Virus record (IMG/VR): IMGVR_UViG_3300035210_000190
Strand: one strand, 5' to 3'
DNA: 64,000 nt
DNA from: a virus
Taxonomy: Duplodnaviria > Heunggongvirae > Uroviricota > Caudoviricetes
Below are positions 44,936 through 55,333 of the stretch, in pieces (the first letter of the stretch is position 1; the number at the start of each line of letters is the position of its first letter). Both the position numbers and the translations under genes were made by a program. Under the pieces are notes generated by a model. The model saw nothing but the letters and a program-made list of their open reading frames with translations, did no database searches and was not told the origin of the DNA.

Positions 44936-45571
44936 ATGAATTCTGTAATCGACATCATTGCCACCTACGAAATGTCTGTTAACCAACTGCGTGAACAGCA
45001 ACAAGCTGCTCTTCCAACTCTGTTGTTGTGTGGTGATGATTCTCAATTCATGGATACTCCTTACATCATCGAAGCGATCACTGAACTCAAAGACAAATTG
45101 CCTGAAGATTTCAGTGTTATTGCCGCTCGGGTTGTGGCTGACCTTGCTCAACTGCATGAAATGATTTCTGATAGCAACTCGCTCATCAAAGAAAACAACG
45201 ATATTCTTGATGAGCAAGTGGGTGACCTTCGTGAAGCGTTGGAAACTCAGTTGGCGAATGTTCCAGAAACACGTTTCACCCGTGCAATTCTCATTGGCAC
45301 TGGTCATATGAGCTACGATGAGGTTCAGATCCTCAACAAAGTTTATGACAAGTTGAACGTTACCCATGTCAACCATGATCACCACAAAGATTCTGTTTAC
45401 TGCACTGATGAAGAATGTTCCACTCTTCGTGAAGCCATCATCACAGAATTTTCGATTATTCTCGCTGAGCAACAACTTGCTAGCACTCTGAAATTCAGTA
45501 ATTATGTGCATAGTGAGGCCATCATGGGCTATACCAGTGAGCTGGTGAAGGTTATCAAATCCAAACGCTGA
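44936..45571 (+). CDS. hypothetical protein with coiled coil
   Basis: 211-aa ORF after TGATATAAT and CATCGAAAC leader. Confidence 0.8.
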   Translation: MNSVIDIIATYEMSVNQLREQQQAALPTLLLCGDDSQFMDTPYIIEAITELKDKLPEDFSVIAARVVADLAQLHEMISDSNSLIKENNDILDEQVGDLREALETQLANVPETRFTRAILIGTGHMSYDEVQILNKVYDKLNVTHVNHDHHKDSVYCTDEECSTLREAIITEFSIILAEQQLASTLKFSNYVHSEAIMGYTSELVKVIKSKR

Positions 45572-45669
45572 TGTTTTGTGTTTACCAATAAAGGGGCTTC
45601 GGCTCCTTTTTTTATTGATTTATTCCATTTAAGTGATATAATAGTGGTATGAATTCCGAGGTGAACAAT

Positions 45670-45954
45670 ATGAAACGTTCTAAACTTAAAGATACTTTTT
45701 TCTTGATGAAAGAAGAAAAATCACCTTGCCCTAAATGCCATAAAAAAGCAATGCAATTCACGCCCAATGGTTCTTCTGGCTTTGATTTGGCTTGCATTTT
45801 CACTTGCACTAAGTGTGGTGAGGAAAAACAAGAAATGGACTGTTGCACCTTTTATGCCGAAACAATCCGAAATAGACGTAAACTGTTGGTTAAATACGGA
45901 ATTTTCCAACTTATAAATCGTCGGAACCCTGACCTTTATCTTCTTCGACTTTAA
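45670..45954 (+). CDS. zinc-ribbon protein
   Basis: CPKC...CTKC; GAGGTGA SD. Confidence 0.75.
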   Translation: MKRSKLKDTFFLMKEEKSPCPKCHKKAMQFTPNGSSGFDLACIFTCTKCGEEKQEMDCCTFYAETIRNRRKLLVKYGIFQLINRRNPDLYLLRL

Positions 45955-46067
45955 TTATCAGTGATTAAAGACCTGCCTTAGCGGGTTTTTTTGTTTTTAT
46001 TGATCGACAAAAAACTAGTTTAATGTTAAAATACATTCATTAAACAACCACCGTCAGGTATATCGAC

Positions 46068-46529
46068 ATGGCTAAGCCAATCTCACCCGTTGACCTTGAG
46101 TTTCTTGTTGAAGACTCAAAAATTCAGAAAGCTCTGGTGCCTGCCAGTGCGGTCAAACTTAACCCAATGGAAGCTGATGTGTTTGCGGGCTGGCTTGATA
46201 GACTGGTAGGTTATATTCAAATCCCTGATGAATCTCATGGCCGTCTGTTCAAACACTGTGAACTCTCATCTATCGGTTTTGTTGCCAAAGATGGTTTGAG
46301 CTATGTTCCTGTGTGTGTCTTTACGTCTGATACAGCAGTTTTCGACTCGGAAATATTCTGTGGAAAATCCTTCGATGGATTGCCTTGGGTGGTTCTCTAT
46401 CATGGTCGAGACAACTGCAGCTATGGCCGTCGCTTTGCTTCTGAGTTTGACGCCAATCGTTTTGTGAAGAACGGTTTCGTTAATGGCTTCTTCAATGTTC
46501 ATGGAAAACTTGAATTCTACAATTCTTGA
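46068..46529 (+). CDS. hypothetical protein
   Basis: 153-aa ORF, AGGT SD. Confidence 0.8.
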   Translation: MAKPISPVDLEFLVEDSKIQKALVPASAVKLNPMEADVFAGWLDRLVGYIQIPDESHGRLFKHCELSSIGFVAKDGLSYVPVCVFTSDTAVFDSEIFCGKSFDGLPWVVLYHGRDNCSYGRRFASEFDANRFVKNGFVNGFFNVHGKLEFYNS

Positions 46530-46604
46530 TTTCACCATAAAAAAATAGACACCTATTTGGGTTTATGTTAATATAGGCCCATTAAATCAAAGGATAATCA
46601 TCAT

Positions 46605-47099
46605 ATGCTTGCTATTCGTCAACCCGTGTATTCTAAGCGTTACACTATTTTCAACAAACATGTTGGTGGTCGTAACCGCATGCCACAAGGTTTTCACGCA
46701 CTGAACCGTCTCTGGGCAACCAAAGACCAAATGTCCGAAACGGCTCAAAGGCTGCTGACTCAATGGGGCACTGAGTCCGAAGTCGAAATCGTGCTTGAAG
46801 GTGGAACAGACCCTGAGCTTGAATCTCTCTATCTGGCATTGAGTAATATCACTGATATTCCATCAGCTAAGTTCAATGAACCTGATATGCGTGGTTCCTG
46901 CATGGTCGTGACCTTCGTAGCAACTGACCGTATTGTTGCTGGTGGATCTGAGCTTCGTGGTCGCCGTATTTCACCCTTCGAGGCCGATACTTTCTTGAAA
47001 GCTAACACTGTCGGCATGCCAGATGGTTCCCGCGTTCAGTTGTCGGATGATGAAATCTTCGTGGTTGTGAACAGTGCGTTCCTTCGTTTGGCCGATTAA
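46605..47099 (+). CDS. hypothetical protein
   Basis: AAGGA SD. Confidence 0.8.
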   Translation: MLAIRQPVYSKRYTIFNKHVGGRNRMPQGFHALNRLWATKDQMSETAQRLLTQWGTESEVEIVLEGGTDPELESLYLALSNITDIPSAKFNEPDMRGSCMVVTFVATDRIVAGGSELRGRRISPFEADTFLKANTVGMPDGSRVQLSDDEIFVVVNSAFLRLAD

Positions 47100-47176
47100 T
47101 TCAGTCTAAAAAGCTTGTTTTTAGCCCGTTATAGGGATATAATGGGCTTTCACACATTTAGAGAAAAGGATTTATA

Positions 47177-47461
47177 ATGTATATTCTCATCCATGAAGAT
47201 GCTACCAAAGTATTGGGGTTTACTGTCTGGTCAGGTTTTGGCAAATCCCACTCGATCAGTGATAGTTTTAATGACGTGGCTGTGGTGAGCTTTGAACAGA
47301 ACGAAAAATCTGTATCTATTCGGATGTTCAGCACAGCAGAGTATGCCAATTCAGAAGCTATTCGCCTTTCTAAAATCATCAAAGAACTTCATGGGAAGGA
47401 TATTAAATTAGAGGTTATGCCTCTTCATGTATATATTCGCCAAATTGAAAATTGGGGCTGA
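47177..47461 (+). CDS. hypothetical protein, paralogue of 7705..8013
   Basis: See 7705; AAGGA SD. Confidence 0.8.
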   Translation: MYILIHEDATKVLGFTVWSGFGKSHSISDSFNDVAVVSFEQNEKSVSIRMFSTAEYANSEAIRLSKIIKELHGKDIKLEVMPLHVYIRQIENWG

Positions 47462-47530
47462 AAAAACTTGTTTTTGGTCTGTTATAGCGGTATAATAGAC
47501 CCATCAAACAAACACACCAAGGATTACAAA

Positions 47531-47770
47531 ATGCACACTCAAAACACCCTGCACTTGACTGACAAACAATACAAGCTCGCTGTTGTTTTGCTGACCACCG
47601 CTGAACCTGCTATCAGCAATGCTACTTTGGTGGATGTGATGGTGAGTGAAGGCATCCGCCAATACCCGGCTGAAAAGATGGTTGAACAACGTGCCCGCTT
47701 CTACTCCGAAACTCAGATGATTGACGAAGACCATCCGCTTCACGACATGGTTTCGACTCTGGCCGCTTAA
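47531..47770 (+). CDS. hypothetical protein
   Basis: AAGGA SD after CATCAAAC leader. Confidence 0.8.
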   Translation: MHTQNTLHLTDKQYKLAVVLLTTAEPAISNATLVDVMVSEGIRQYPAEKMVEQRARFYSETQMIDEDHPLHDMVSTLAA

Positions 47771-47811
47771 TTGCGGCTTTTACCTTTTTATTCGTTTTTG
47801 GAGTTTTTCCC

Positions 47812-48144
47812 ATGTGGCTTGATAAAGAACTAACAGTGAAACAATTGCTCACCATTGCTATTGGCTTCATGGCTTTGACGCAAATTTCAGGGTGTGAAAA
47901 TTCAGCCAATTCTAAAGGTGATGCACATGAGGCACATTATGTCTCAAATTCTGGTGATGACGTGACTGCGTTTATGTATACCGACACCTACATTCCAACC
48001 CGTTGCATGAATGGTGTCTGGTATTATGCTGGCGAGTTCAGCCACAACACCTACTTCGCCCCTGTTTTTACTAAAAAAGGTACCGTGGCATTGTGTGACG
48101 GCAACCAAAAACAATATGTTCCAGAACCTGAAATCGGAATTTAA
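47812..48144 (+). CDS. putative lipoprotein
   Basis: Hydrophobic stretch ending ISGC; GGAG SD. Confidence 0.7.
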   Translation: MWLDKELTVKQLLTIAIGFMALTQISGCENSANSKGDAHEAHYVSNSGDDVTAFMYTDTYIPTRCMNGVWYYAGEFSHNTYFAPVFTKKGTVALCDGNQKQYVPEPEIGI

Positions 48145-48157
48145 AGGAGTTCTTGCT

Positions 48158-48382
48158 ATGAGTAATGTATCCGCAAAAGATGTTCTGAATGGGGTTAAAT
48201 TTAATCTCCATCAAAAAATCGAAGTCACCCCAAACAAAAGTTTCACCGTTATTGATGCTGCCATTTCGGTGAACCCTGTCAGTGGTGACGTTAACGTTTC
48301 GCTTACCATTGATTACGTCAATGGCGATCACACTGGAACGGATGTTATCAATGCTTCGCAGTTGAAAGAACTCTTGAAGTAA
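48158..48382 (+). CDS. hypothetical protein
   Basis: AAGGAG SD, ATG at 48158. Confidence 0.75.
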   Translation: MSNVSAKDVLNGVKFNLHQKIEVTPNKSFTVIDAAISVNPVSGDVNVSLTIDYVNGDHTGTDVINASQLKELLK

Positions 48383-48478
48383 TACAACCACCCTACAATA
48401 ACCCAGCCTAGTGTTGGGTTTTTTATTGTCATTTATTTAATGAAGTGTTATAATAGCTCATCAAAAAGGGGATTTACG

Positions 48479-48814
48479 ATGAACAAAGAAACAGTGGCAG
48501 CCTTTTTCAAAACCATCTTTCCTAAAAAGAAGGTGACTGCTGTTGTCGAAGATTCTAAAATTCACCAAGAGTTAAAACAGGCTCAGGAAAGTTTTGTTGA
48601 CATGCGAGTTTCTGTTAGTGATATTAGTGACTCGATTACTTACATCAAAAATGCTAAACTCGATATGTTGAAAACGTTTCGTGAAAGTATCGATCACATC
48701 AACGGAATTATGGCCTTGCCTGAATATCCTGAGATGGCCCGTCAGAATCCAGAATTTGCTCAAAAACTTCGTGACGAACTCACTTATATCATTGCACAAG
48801 TCAATAAAATTTAA
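48479..48814 (+). CDS. hypothetical helical protein
   Basis: GGGGA SD. Confidence 0.75.
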   Translation: MNKETVAAFFKTIFPKKKVTAVVEDSKIHQELKQAQESFVDMRVSVSDISDSITYIKNAKLDMLKTFRESIDHINGIMALPEYPEMARQNPEFAQKLRDELTYIIAQVNKI

Positions 48815-48845
48815 ACTACACTATTTTCTACTGAGGATTTAACTG

Positions 48846-49205
48846 ATGAGTTTTCTAGCCTTTGGTGGTTTCGTTGCTCGCTTGTTGGGTGCTTATAATG
48901 GTTCGGCACGTCCACAAGATTATCCTCAGCAAGATCGCTATGCTCCTATTTCAAATCAGTTTGACAGCATGAACCTCACCGCTGATCGAATCGTTGATAA
49001 AGTGAAAAGGATAGAGTTTCATACAAAAAACCAACAAAAAATTGAGCGAATCTTTGATAGAATTGGCCGCATTCAGCTTCATATGCAAACCAATGACTTC
49101 AAAGACATGAACCGTGAGTTTCCCGGCACAGAAGAAAAGATGTTGGAACAAATCGAAAGCTTGCGTCAAGAAGCTCGCAGACTGTTGAGCTACCGTCACC
49201 TGTAA
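48846..49205 (+). CDS. hypothetical protein
   Basis: GAGGA SD. Confidence 0.75.
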   Translation: MSFLAFGGFVARLLGAYNGSARPQDYPQQDRYAPISNQFDSMNLTADRIVDKVKRIEFHTKNQQKIERIFDRIGRIQLHMQTNDFKDMNREFPGTEEKMLEQIESLRQEARRLLSYRHL

Positions 49206-49320
49206 AATTGATACCTATTGAAAAGCCCAGCCTAGTGTTGGGTTTTTTATTATCAAAAAACACATTGTTTAATTTTTTCGTGTGTGTTATTATTCACGAA
49301 TTAGAAAAGAGGATTTAAAA

Positions 49321-49878
49321 ATGTTGACCAAAGCAGTAACCCAAAAAAGCAAATTCGTCTCCTACATTTTGCGACATGGTGCAGTAGAGGCTGGCGTGCC
49401 TATTGATAAAGAAGGCTGGGTTTTGGTGTCTGATCTGCTGGCAGCGTCTGTAAAATCTAAACAGGCTATCACCGCCGAAGAACTCGCGTTCATTGTCGAG
49501 AACAACAACAAAAAACGTTTTGCCTACTCGGAAGATGGCCTTTCTATCCGTGCCAGCCAAGGCCATTCCAGTGAAAGCGTAGATATTACGTTCGAACCAA
49601 AAGAACCGCCAAAATCGCTGTTCCACGGCACCACAGTGGCCTTTGTTGATGTCATCATGGCCGAAGGTCTGAAAAAGATGAATCGTCACCATGTCCATCT
49701 GTCTCTCAGCATTGAAACCGCTATCAATGTCGGTAGTCGTCACGGCAAGGTCGCTATGCTTCAAGTGAACGCCGCTCAAATGCACAAAGACGGCTTCTTG
49801 TTCTACTGCTCAGAAAACGATGTCTGGTTGACTGATAACGTCCCTGCTCGCTACATTGAGCGAGTCGAATTGAAGTAA
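49321..49878 (+). CDS. kptA: RNA 2'-phosphotransferase (Tpt1/KptA)
   Basis: SKF.SYILRH, K.RF, IRASQGHS, LFHGT, M.RHHVHLS, NDVWLT..VP. Confidence 0.95.
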   Translation: MLTKAVTQKSKFVSYILRHGAVEAGVPIDKEGWVLVSDLLAASVKSKQAITAEELAFIVENNNKKRFAYSEDGLSIRASQGHSSESVDITFEPKEPPKSLFHGTTVAFVDVIMAEGLKKMNRHHVHLSLSIETAINVGSRHGKVAMLQVNAAQMHKDGFLFYCSENDVWLTDNVPARYIERVELK

Positions 49879-50006
49879 CCAAGCAACACAGTTCAGACAA
49901 ATAGCCTCTTCGGAGGCTTTTTTCATTTCTTTTAAAATAACACTTGCTCATAAATCTGTTTTTCATTATAATTACCCCATCGAAACGAAATACAGGAAGC
50001 GACACC

Positions 50007-50321
50007 ATGAGCCAGACCAATACTCAAACCGCTCTGTTCACCCGTCAGGATTACATGGCTGACAAATGCACCCATGAACAATACTACGCCCAGTTCATCA
50101 ATGCGGCTGGTATCGAGATGGTTAAAAAGAGCCAAGCTTACAAAACCTTGATCAAAAAAGGCTCTAAAGATGTCTCGCTGGTCGAAGTTGGTGTATGGGA
50201 TCTCATCGGTACCGCTGGTGAAGCCGTAAACCTGATGAAAACTCTGGGTGATAATTGGTCTTTGGCTGGTGCTGTCTGCATCAATAAAGCTATCGCTCGC
50301 CAATTGCTTGAAGCTGCATAA
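50007..50321 (+). CDS. hypothetical protein, paralogue of 55334
   Basis: FTR..Y...KC....YYAQFI and LGD.WSLA..V.INK.IA. Confidence 0.8.
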   Translation: MSQTNTQTALFTRQDYMADKCTHEQYYAQFINAAGIEMVKKSQAYKTLIKKGSKDVSLVEVGVWDLIGTAGEAVNLMKTLGDNWSLAGAVCINKAIARQLLEAA

Positions 50322-50422
50322 CAAGCATATACACACAAATACTAAGGGCTTCGGCCCTTTTTTGTTGCCTTAAATATCGTAGTGCGTTATAATGGGTCAT
50401 CAAAAACGAAATGGTGAACATC

Positions 50423-50584
50423 ATGAGTTTTGTCATCACAGAGTTCAGCAAAGCCCCTAAACACTATTCCATCTCTCAAAAAATCGAAAACGCTGCAGGG
50501 TTGACTTGGAAAGAAGTCGCCACTGTAAAGCAACGTTCGACCGCTTTCTTTTTCATCTCACTCATTGAAAAATTATCTCGATAG
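50423..50584 (+). CDS. hypothetical protein (53 aa, not in ORF track)
   Basis: GGTGA SD after CATCAAAAACGAA leader. Confidence 0.65.
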   Translation: MSFVITEFSKAPKHYSISQKIENAAGLTWKEVATVKQRSTAFFFISLIEKLSR

Positions 50585-50664
50585 ATCAAAAAGACCAACA
50601 ATGTATTCTTTTTCTTTGATGTCCATGCTATAATAGGCCATCTTTAATCAGTGAGCAATTTAAA

Positions 50665-50850
50665 ATGACAACTCAACATTCAGAAACATCCGCAGTTCCA
50701 ACCGGCCCACTGGATGATTTGCTGGCTGACCTTGATGCTGAACAACTGAAATCGTTGGTTCTTCATTTATTTTCGACTACTAAAAACCCAGCTTTTCGAG
50801 CTAATGTTAAAGCTTGGCGTAAAAGTCAGAAGCTTCCAAAAACCGTTTAA
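50665..50850 (+). CDS. hypothetical protein
   Basis: 61-aa ORF before GGGC-TTCG-GCCC terminator. Confidence 0.7.
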   Translation: MTTQHSETSAVPTGPLDDLLADLDAEQLKSLVLHLFSTTKNPAFRANVKAWRKSQKLPKTV

Positions 50851-50994
50851 TTCTGAAATCGATCATATAACCAAGGGCTTCGGCCCTTTTTTTTGTACTT
50901 TTTTTATGATTCTTGATAATTTTAAATTAATATTTATTGTTGTTGATATTTTTACTTGTTTGTTATATAATCCCGAAATCTTCGAGGGCTATTT

Positions 50995-52080
50995 ATGACT
51001 ATTAATAAACAACAAGAATTTGATACATTTGTTAAAAAATTTGTATCTGATAACTGGGATACCCTTTCTACTGGTAAAAAATATCGCAATCTTTTTTCTA
51101 ATGATCGTGACGGCGGTTTAAACTATATGCCAGATCGCAATGAATCGCCAGAACCCACTTATATTGGTAATTCAAATCAATTTGAACAGTTATTGCATGA
51201 CTTTTTCGATAAGTTCATTCTAATTGATGGTCTTGTTTTTGATCTCGATGGTCATTTCTCTGCTATTAATGGTCGAACATTGGTTGATGTGATGGACAAT
51301 GCCACAGATGCTCAGAAATATTCAGCACGCTATTTTCAACGTGAAAACCTTCTTAGGCACTTTTCTAAAATGCTGTTGTCAGACATTTTTACTGCCTTCA
51401 TTCAGGTGCGTGACCAACTGGAAAGTCCAGTCTATTACCGTATGTTTGCTTATGACGACAACCTAATTGAAATAAAATCAGGAACCTCTTGCCCCATGTG
51501 TGATGAGTATGTCGCCATCATGATCAATTATGAAACGAATACTATTGTGCCTCACCTTGAAGCTAAACCCTGCAAATTACCTAAATCAGCTACCCGCGTT
51601 TCAGTCACATTAAAAAGCCCTTCTGGTAAGTTGGTCTTTCTTAATGACCCGAGAGCATTCTTTAAAGAAGAAAGATCCGACCAATATGAAACATCTATTA
51701 ATTCTACATTAGGATGTATCGAAGAAACTAAATTTCATGCAAAACATAATATTGGTTATTTCTTTATTGGCAATACCGTTGCTGACATCATTCAAAAGAA
51801 AGGTGAAATACTGACGCTTTGTTATAATGATGAAGATGATAAACAAGTGGCTAAATATAAAGACTATAAAAATAAAGGAGATATCTGCACAGGACTTTGG
51901 TGGTATACAGTTCTTGATTATGACCTCTATCTTAAACTGTGTGAAGCACAAGAAGTTAATCCCGACTCTATTAAACATACTGTTGTGACCATTAAGGCAT
52001 CGAAGTATAAAGTTAGCCATAGTTTAGCCGCTCATTTAAAAGGGCATCATACTGGTGTTTATTCAAAGATTACTTACTGA
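50995..52080 (+). CDS. 361-aa hypothetical protein, paralogue of 53275
   Basis: SCP.C.EY, LKSPSGKLVFLNDPR, SINSTLGC, GYFFIGN, CT.LWWY shared. Confidence 0.85.
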   Translation: MTINKQQEFDTFVKKFVSDNWDTLSTGKKYRNLFSNDRDGGLNYMPDRNESPEPTYIGNSNQFEQLLHDFFDKFILIDGLVFDLDGHFSAINGRTLVDVMDNATDAQKYSARYFQRENLLRHFSKMLLSDIFTAFIQVRDQLESPVYYRMFAYDDNLIEIKSGTSCPMCDEYVAIMINYETNTIVPHLEAKPCKLPKSATRVSVTLKSPSGKLVFLNDPRAFFKEERSDQYETSINSTLGCIEETKFHAKHNIGYFFIGNTVADIIQKKGEILTLCYNDEDDKQVAKYKDYKNKGDICTGLWWYTVLDYDLYLKLCEAQEVNPDSIKHTVVTIKASKYKVSHSLAAHLKGHHTGVYSKITY

Positions 52081-52231
52081 TACGCTAGTTGTTTTATATA
52101 ACTAAGAGCTTCGGCTCTTTTTTATTGCCTATTATTTTATTATTTCTAAAATTGTTGTAATCAGTGTGTTAGTTTTTAAATTAGAGACGAAAAAAAGGCC
52201 ACTAATTAAGCAGCCTTTTTTGGTAATAACG

Positions 52232-53113
52232 TTATTTGTTTAGAATTCGGCCTAACTTCGAGAATTCACTATCGTAATCTTTCTTCTTGATGTCAGCTTC
52301 AATTTTAGCATAGTTGTTAAAGACATCTTTACTGGTAATTACCATCACAGCATTTTCATACTGATAATTATAAATAATTCGCTCGGCCATACTCGATTTA
52401 TAAACGTTGATAGCGATGACAGTTTCATCTTTCGCATACAATGGGCTTTCTTGGAAGTAACCGAAAAGGCTCTCATACGAATACCCTTTATTTTTCAAGG
52501 CTGTTTTATATTCATTGACAACATAGTCGATTTTACCAGAATCACCATCAGACTTGGTGGATGTTACCAGTTCGGCTTTCATGACATAGCCATGACCGTA
52601 GGTATAACGAACATCGTATTTAGAGTCAAAATCACCTATTGAAAATTCAGTGAACGGACTGTCTTTTACATTGATTTTGACCAAAATACCATTTTTGTAA
52701 AAGGTCATCTTGTTGATCGTGGCTGGATTAGCAAAGCCCCTTTTCATAGCGGCAGGATCTTCTTTCAATTTTCCATCATTTCCAAGCCCATTATAATATT
52801 TTGTACGATATTCCCGTGCATCTTTATGATCAACGATGAAGTAACTGATATACCGCAGACTCATTTTTGGGACGAAGATTTCAAGTTCATCTTTTTTACC
52901 TACCTGTGTTGTCAGCACATCAAGCGATGGTGGCACATTTTTGTCGTAGTCGTATTCTGTCAAAGGATCTACGTCATTCACCTCTTGAAATAGATCGAAG
53001 GTTCCCACAGTCACTTCAGAAACTAATTTCATCGTTTCTTTTGGGTCAGATGCCAGTGCCATCGAGGACATCAATACCGCACCCATCAACAAGCCCAGTT
53101 TAATTCGTTTCAT
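52232..53113 (-). CDS. exported protein (293 aa)
   Basis: Signal peptide MKRIKLGLLMGAVLMSSMALA; opposite strand. Confidence 0.8.
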   Translation of the reverse strand: MKRIKLGLLMGAVLMSSMALASDPKETMKLVSEVTVGTFDLFQEVNDVDPLTEYDYDKNVPPSLDVLTTQVGKKDELEIFVPKMSLRYISYFIVDHKDAREYRTKYYNGLGNDGKLKEDPAAMKRGFANPATINKMTFYKNGILVKINVKDSPFTEFSIGDFDSKYDVRYTYGHGYVMKAELVTSTKSDGDSGKIDYVVNEYKTALKNKGYSYESLFGYFQESPLYAKDETVIAINVYKSSMAERIIYNYQYENAVMVITSKDVFNNYAKIEADIKKKDYDSEFSKLGRILNK

Positions 53114-53274
53114 GCAGATTTTTCTCCACCGCTCTATTAATGATGGCCTATTTTATCATTAAAAATAGCGTATGACCACCATTTATTAAGGATTTCATTT
53201 TTTAAATATTATTATAATTATGTTGATATTTTTTCTATTTTCCTTTATAATTCCGAAATCTTAGAGGACTCATT

Positions 53275-54333
53275 ATGTCAATAACAATGGTGGAAAAATA
53301 TGATGCTTTATTGAAGCAGTTTGTGAAGAACAACATGGATACTTTACTGGCGAGTAGACGCTATGAAGACCCGAAAGATAATGAATCAGAATACGCCCTT
53401 CATTATTTGCCTGCACACAATCAGACACCCGACCCCGGCTTTATTGGTGATACACCTCAGTTTAATGAACTTCTTGAAACTTTTATTGACACTTTTATTA
53501 ATCTTGAAACTATTACCTTTCAACTTCAAGGCCACTTTCCCGATTTTCATGGTCAATCTATTGCTTATGTTATCGAGAATGTTCGTTCTTGTAAACGAGA
53601 TATTATTCGTTTTGATGTTGAATATAAACTATTGATTGATATCTTTAATGCTTTTTTAAGTATTCGTGACAATAATAAAGTTAATCATTATTTCATGTTT
53701 AGTTATGGAGATAATCAAATTGAGTTCCAAAGTAGTCGAAGCTGTCCATCTTGTAATGAATACTTATCCATGATGATTGATTATGATAAAATGGCGGTTG
53801 TGTCATTTCTTAAAAAAGCTGATTGCCCGATGGCTGTTGTTCCCAAGAATGTGGTGGTTGAACTTAAGTCCCCTTCTGGTAAGTTGGTTTTTCTTAATGA
53901 CCCTCGACAATTCTTGAAAATTGAACGTGATAATAGATATAAAGTCTCTATTAATTCAACGCTGGGTTGTCTTCAAGAAACTGAAGCTTATGCCGAACAG
54001 AATGTGGGCTATTTCTTTATTGGTAACTGTATGCCTTATATATTCCAGAAAGGTAATGAAATCCTATTCAGCTCTTTCAATGAAGAAAGCGATGAGGATA
54101 TCGAACAATTTAAAGATCACGAAGAACTGGGTTACGTGTGTACCGACCTCTGGTGGTATTCAATCCTTGATCATCAATTGTTCTTAGATCTGTGTGCCAG
54201 TAAGGGTGTTAACCCGGACTCTATTGAACATACTGTGGCGATCACCAATAAAGAAACCTTCACCGTTGATCATGACATGACCGCACACAAAGAAGGTCAC
54301 TTCTCTGGTACGTATTCAACAATAACCTACTGA
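53275..54333 (+). CDS. 352-aa hypothetical protein, paralogue of 50995
   Basis: See 50995; GAGGA SD. Confidence 0.85.
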   Translation: MSITMVEKYDALLKQFVKNNMDTLLASRRYEDPKDNESEYALHYLPAHNQTPDPGFIGDTPQFNELLETFIDTFINLETITFQLQGHFPDFHGQSIAYVIENVRSCKRDIIRFDVEYKLLIDIFNAFLSIRDNNKVNHYFMFSYGDNQIEFQSSRSCPSCNEYLSMMIDYDKMAVVSFLKKADCPMAVVPKNVVVELKSPSGKLVFLNDPRQFLKIERDNRYKVSINSTLGCLQETEAYAEQNVGYFFIGNCMPYIFQKGNEILFSSFNEESDEDIEQFKDHEELGYVCTDLWWYSILDHQLFLDLCASKGVNPDSIEHTVAITNKETFTVDHDMTAHKEGHFSGTYSTITY

Positions 54334-54506
54334 TCAGTAAATCTTTGATAGATGGGGCTTCGGCTCCATTTTTTTGCCTATAAAATGACCCCCGTTCTCA
54401 TAAATCTTACAATTACCCACTTTCCCCCTCATTTGGGTAAAATCTCCTTGTATGGGTGATGGCATTTTGTTATACTTGTTCCACACAAACAGACAGAGAT
54501 AGAATA

Positions 54507-55205
54507 ATGTTCAAGAAAGCCATTATCGTTGCATTTGCCAGCTTGGTTGTAGGTTGCTCGGCAAACGGTATTAAAACAAACCCAGTTGATGTGAAAGCTG
54601 CTGTCAACGGCCTGCAAAACTACAACGTGGTAGAAGACAAAAGCCTCAAAGTAGATGGTAAAGAACTGCAGTTCATCACCTTTCACAAGAAAACTGAAAG
54701 CGTTGTTGTCGAAAATGGTAAGAAATTCAAAGATACCGTGGACGATTTCGGTAGCGGTGCTCAATGGAACGCTGATTATGTGGTGACGGCTAAGCATGTG
54801 AATTTTGTAGAAAACTTGGCTTACCTTTGCGAAATAGGTTGCGACCTTCAATTTGTCAAGCGTAAATCCGCTGGGGCTGTCCCTGTTTGGCGTGATGTTG
54901 TTGCACTGGAAAAAATCACGTTTGTTGGTATTGACAAAACTAACACCCTTCAAAATAAATCTGGCATTGACCTTAATCGTATCACCAGCACCGATTCTAA
55001 CAGTGCAATTAATATTCGACTGGTCAGCACTCAAACACTCGGCGGTATGTCAGGTGGCCCAGCTTATGGACAAGACGGCTCGGTTGTAGGTATCTTGACC
55101 GGCAGTGTTTCGATGGATGGTGCTACTGATCAGGCTGTCTTGGTTCCTTATGAAGTCATCAAGGCAGAATGGGACAGATTCCAAGCCACTAAAAACTGGC
55201 ATTGA
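54507..55205 (+). CDS. lipoprotein trypsin-like serine protease
   Basis: Lipobox LVVGC; triad candidates TAKHV (His), CDLQF (Asp), GGMSGGP (Ser). Confidence 0.8.
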   Translation: MFKKAIIVAFASLVVGCSANGIKTNPVDVKAAVNGLQNYNVVEDKSLKVDGKELQFITFHKKTESVVVENGKKFKDTVDDFGSGAQWNADYVVTAKHVNFVENLAYLCEIGCDLQFVKRKSAGAVPVWRDVVALEKITFVGIDKTNTLQNKSGIDLNRITSTDSNSAINIRLVSTQTLGGMSGGPAYGQDGSVVGILTGSVSMDGATDQAVLVPYEVIKAEWDRFQATKNWH

Positions 55206-55333
55206 AATAAAACAGTCAGTATCACTAGACCGCCTTCGGGCGGTTTTTTATTGTCAAAATTCTTATTTTTGTTGCTCTCTATTGTGTTTTTTGCTATACT
55301 TGAACCATCAAAACGAAAGCAGGGAATTATGTC

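Noticed and set aside
44861-45511. Long minus-strand ORFs (44861..45511, 54429..55034, 6825..7283, 20208..20684, 55148..55630 and similar)
   Set aside because: They lie antisense to plus-strand genes that have promoters, SD sites and better protein character.
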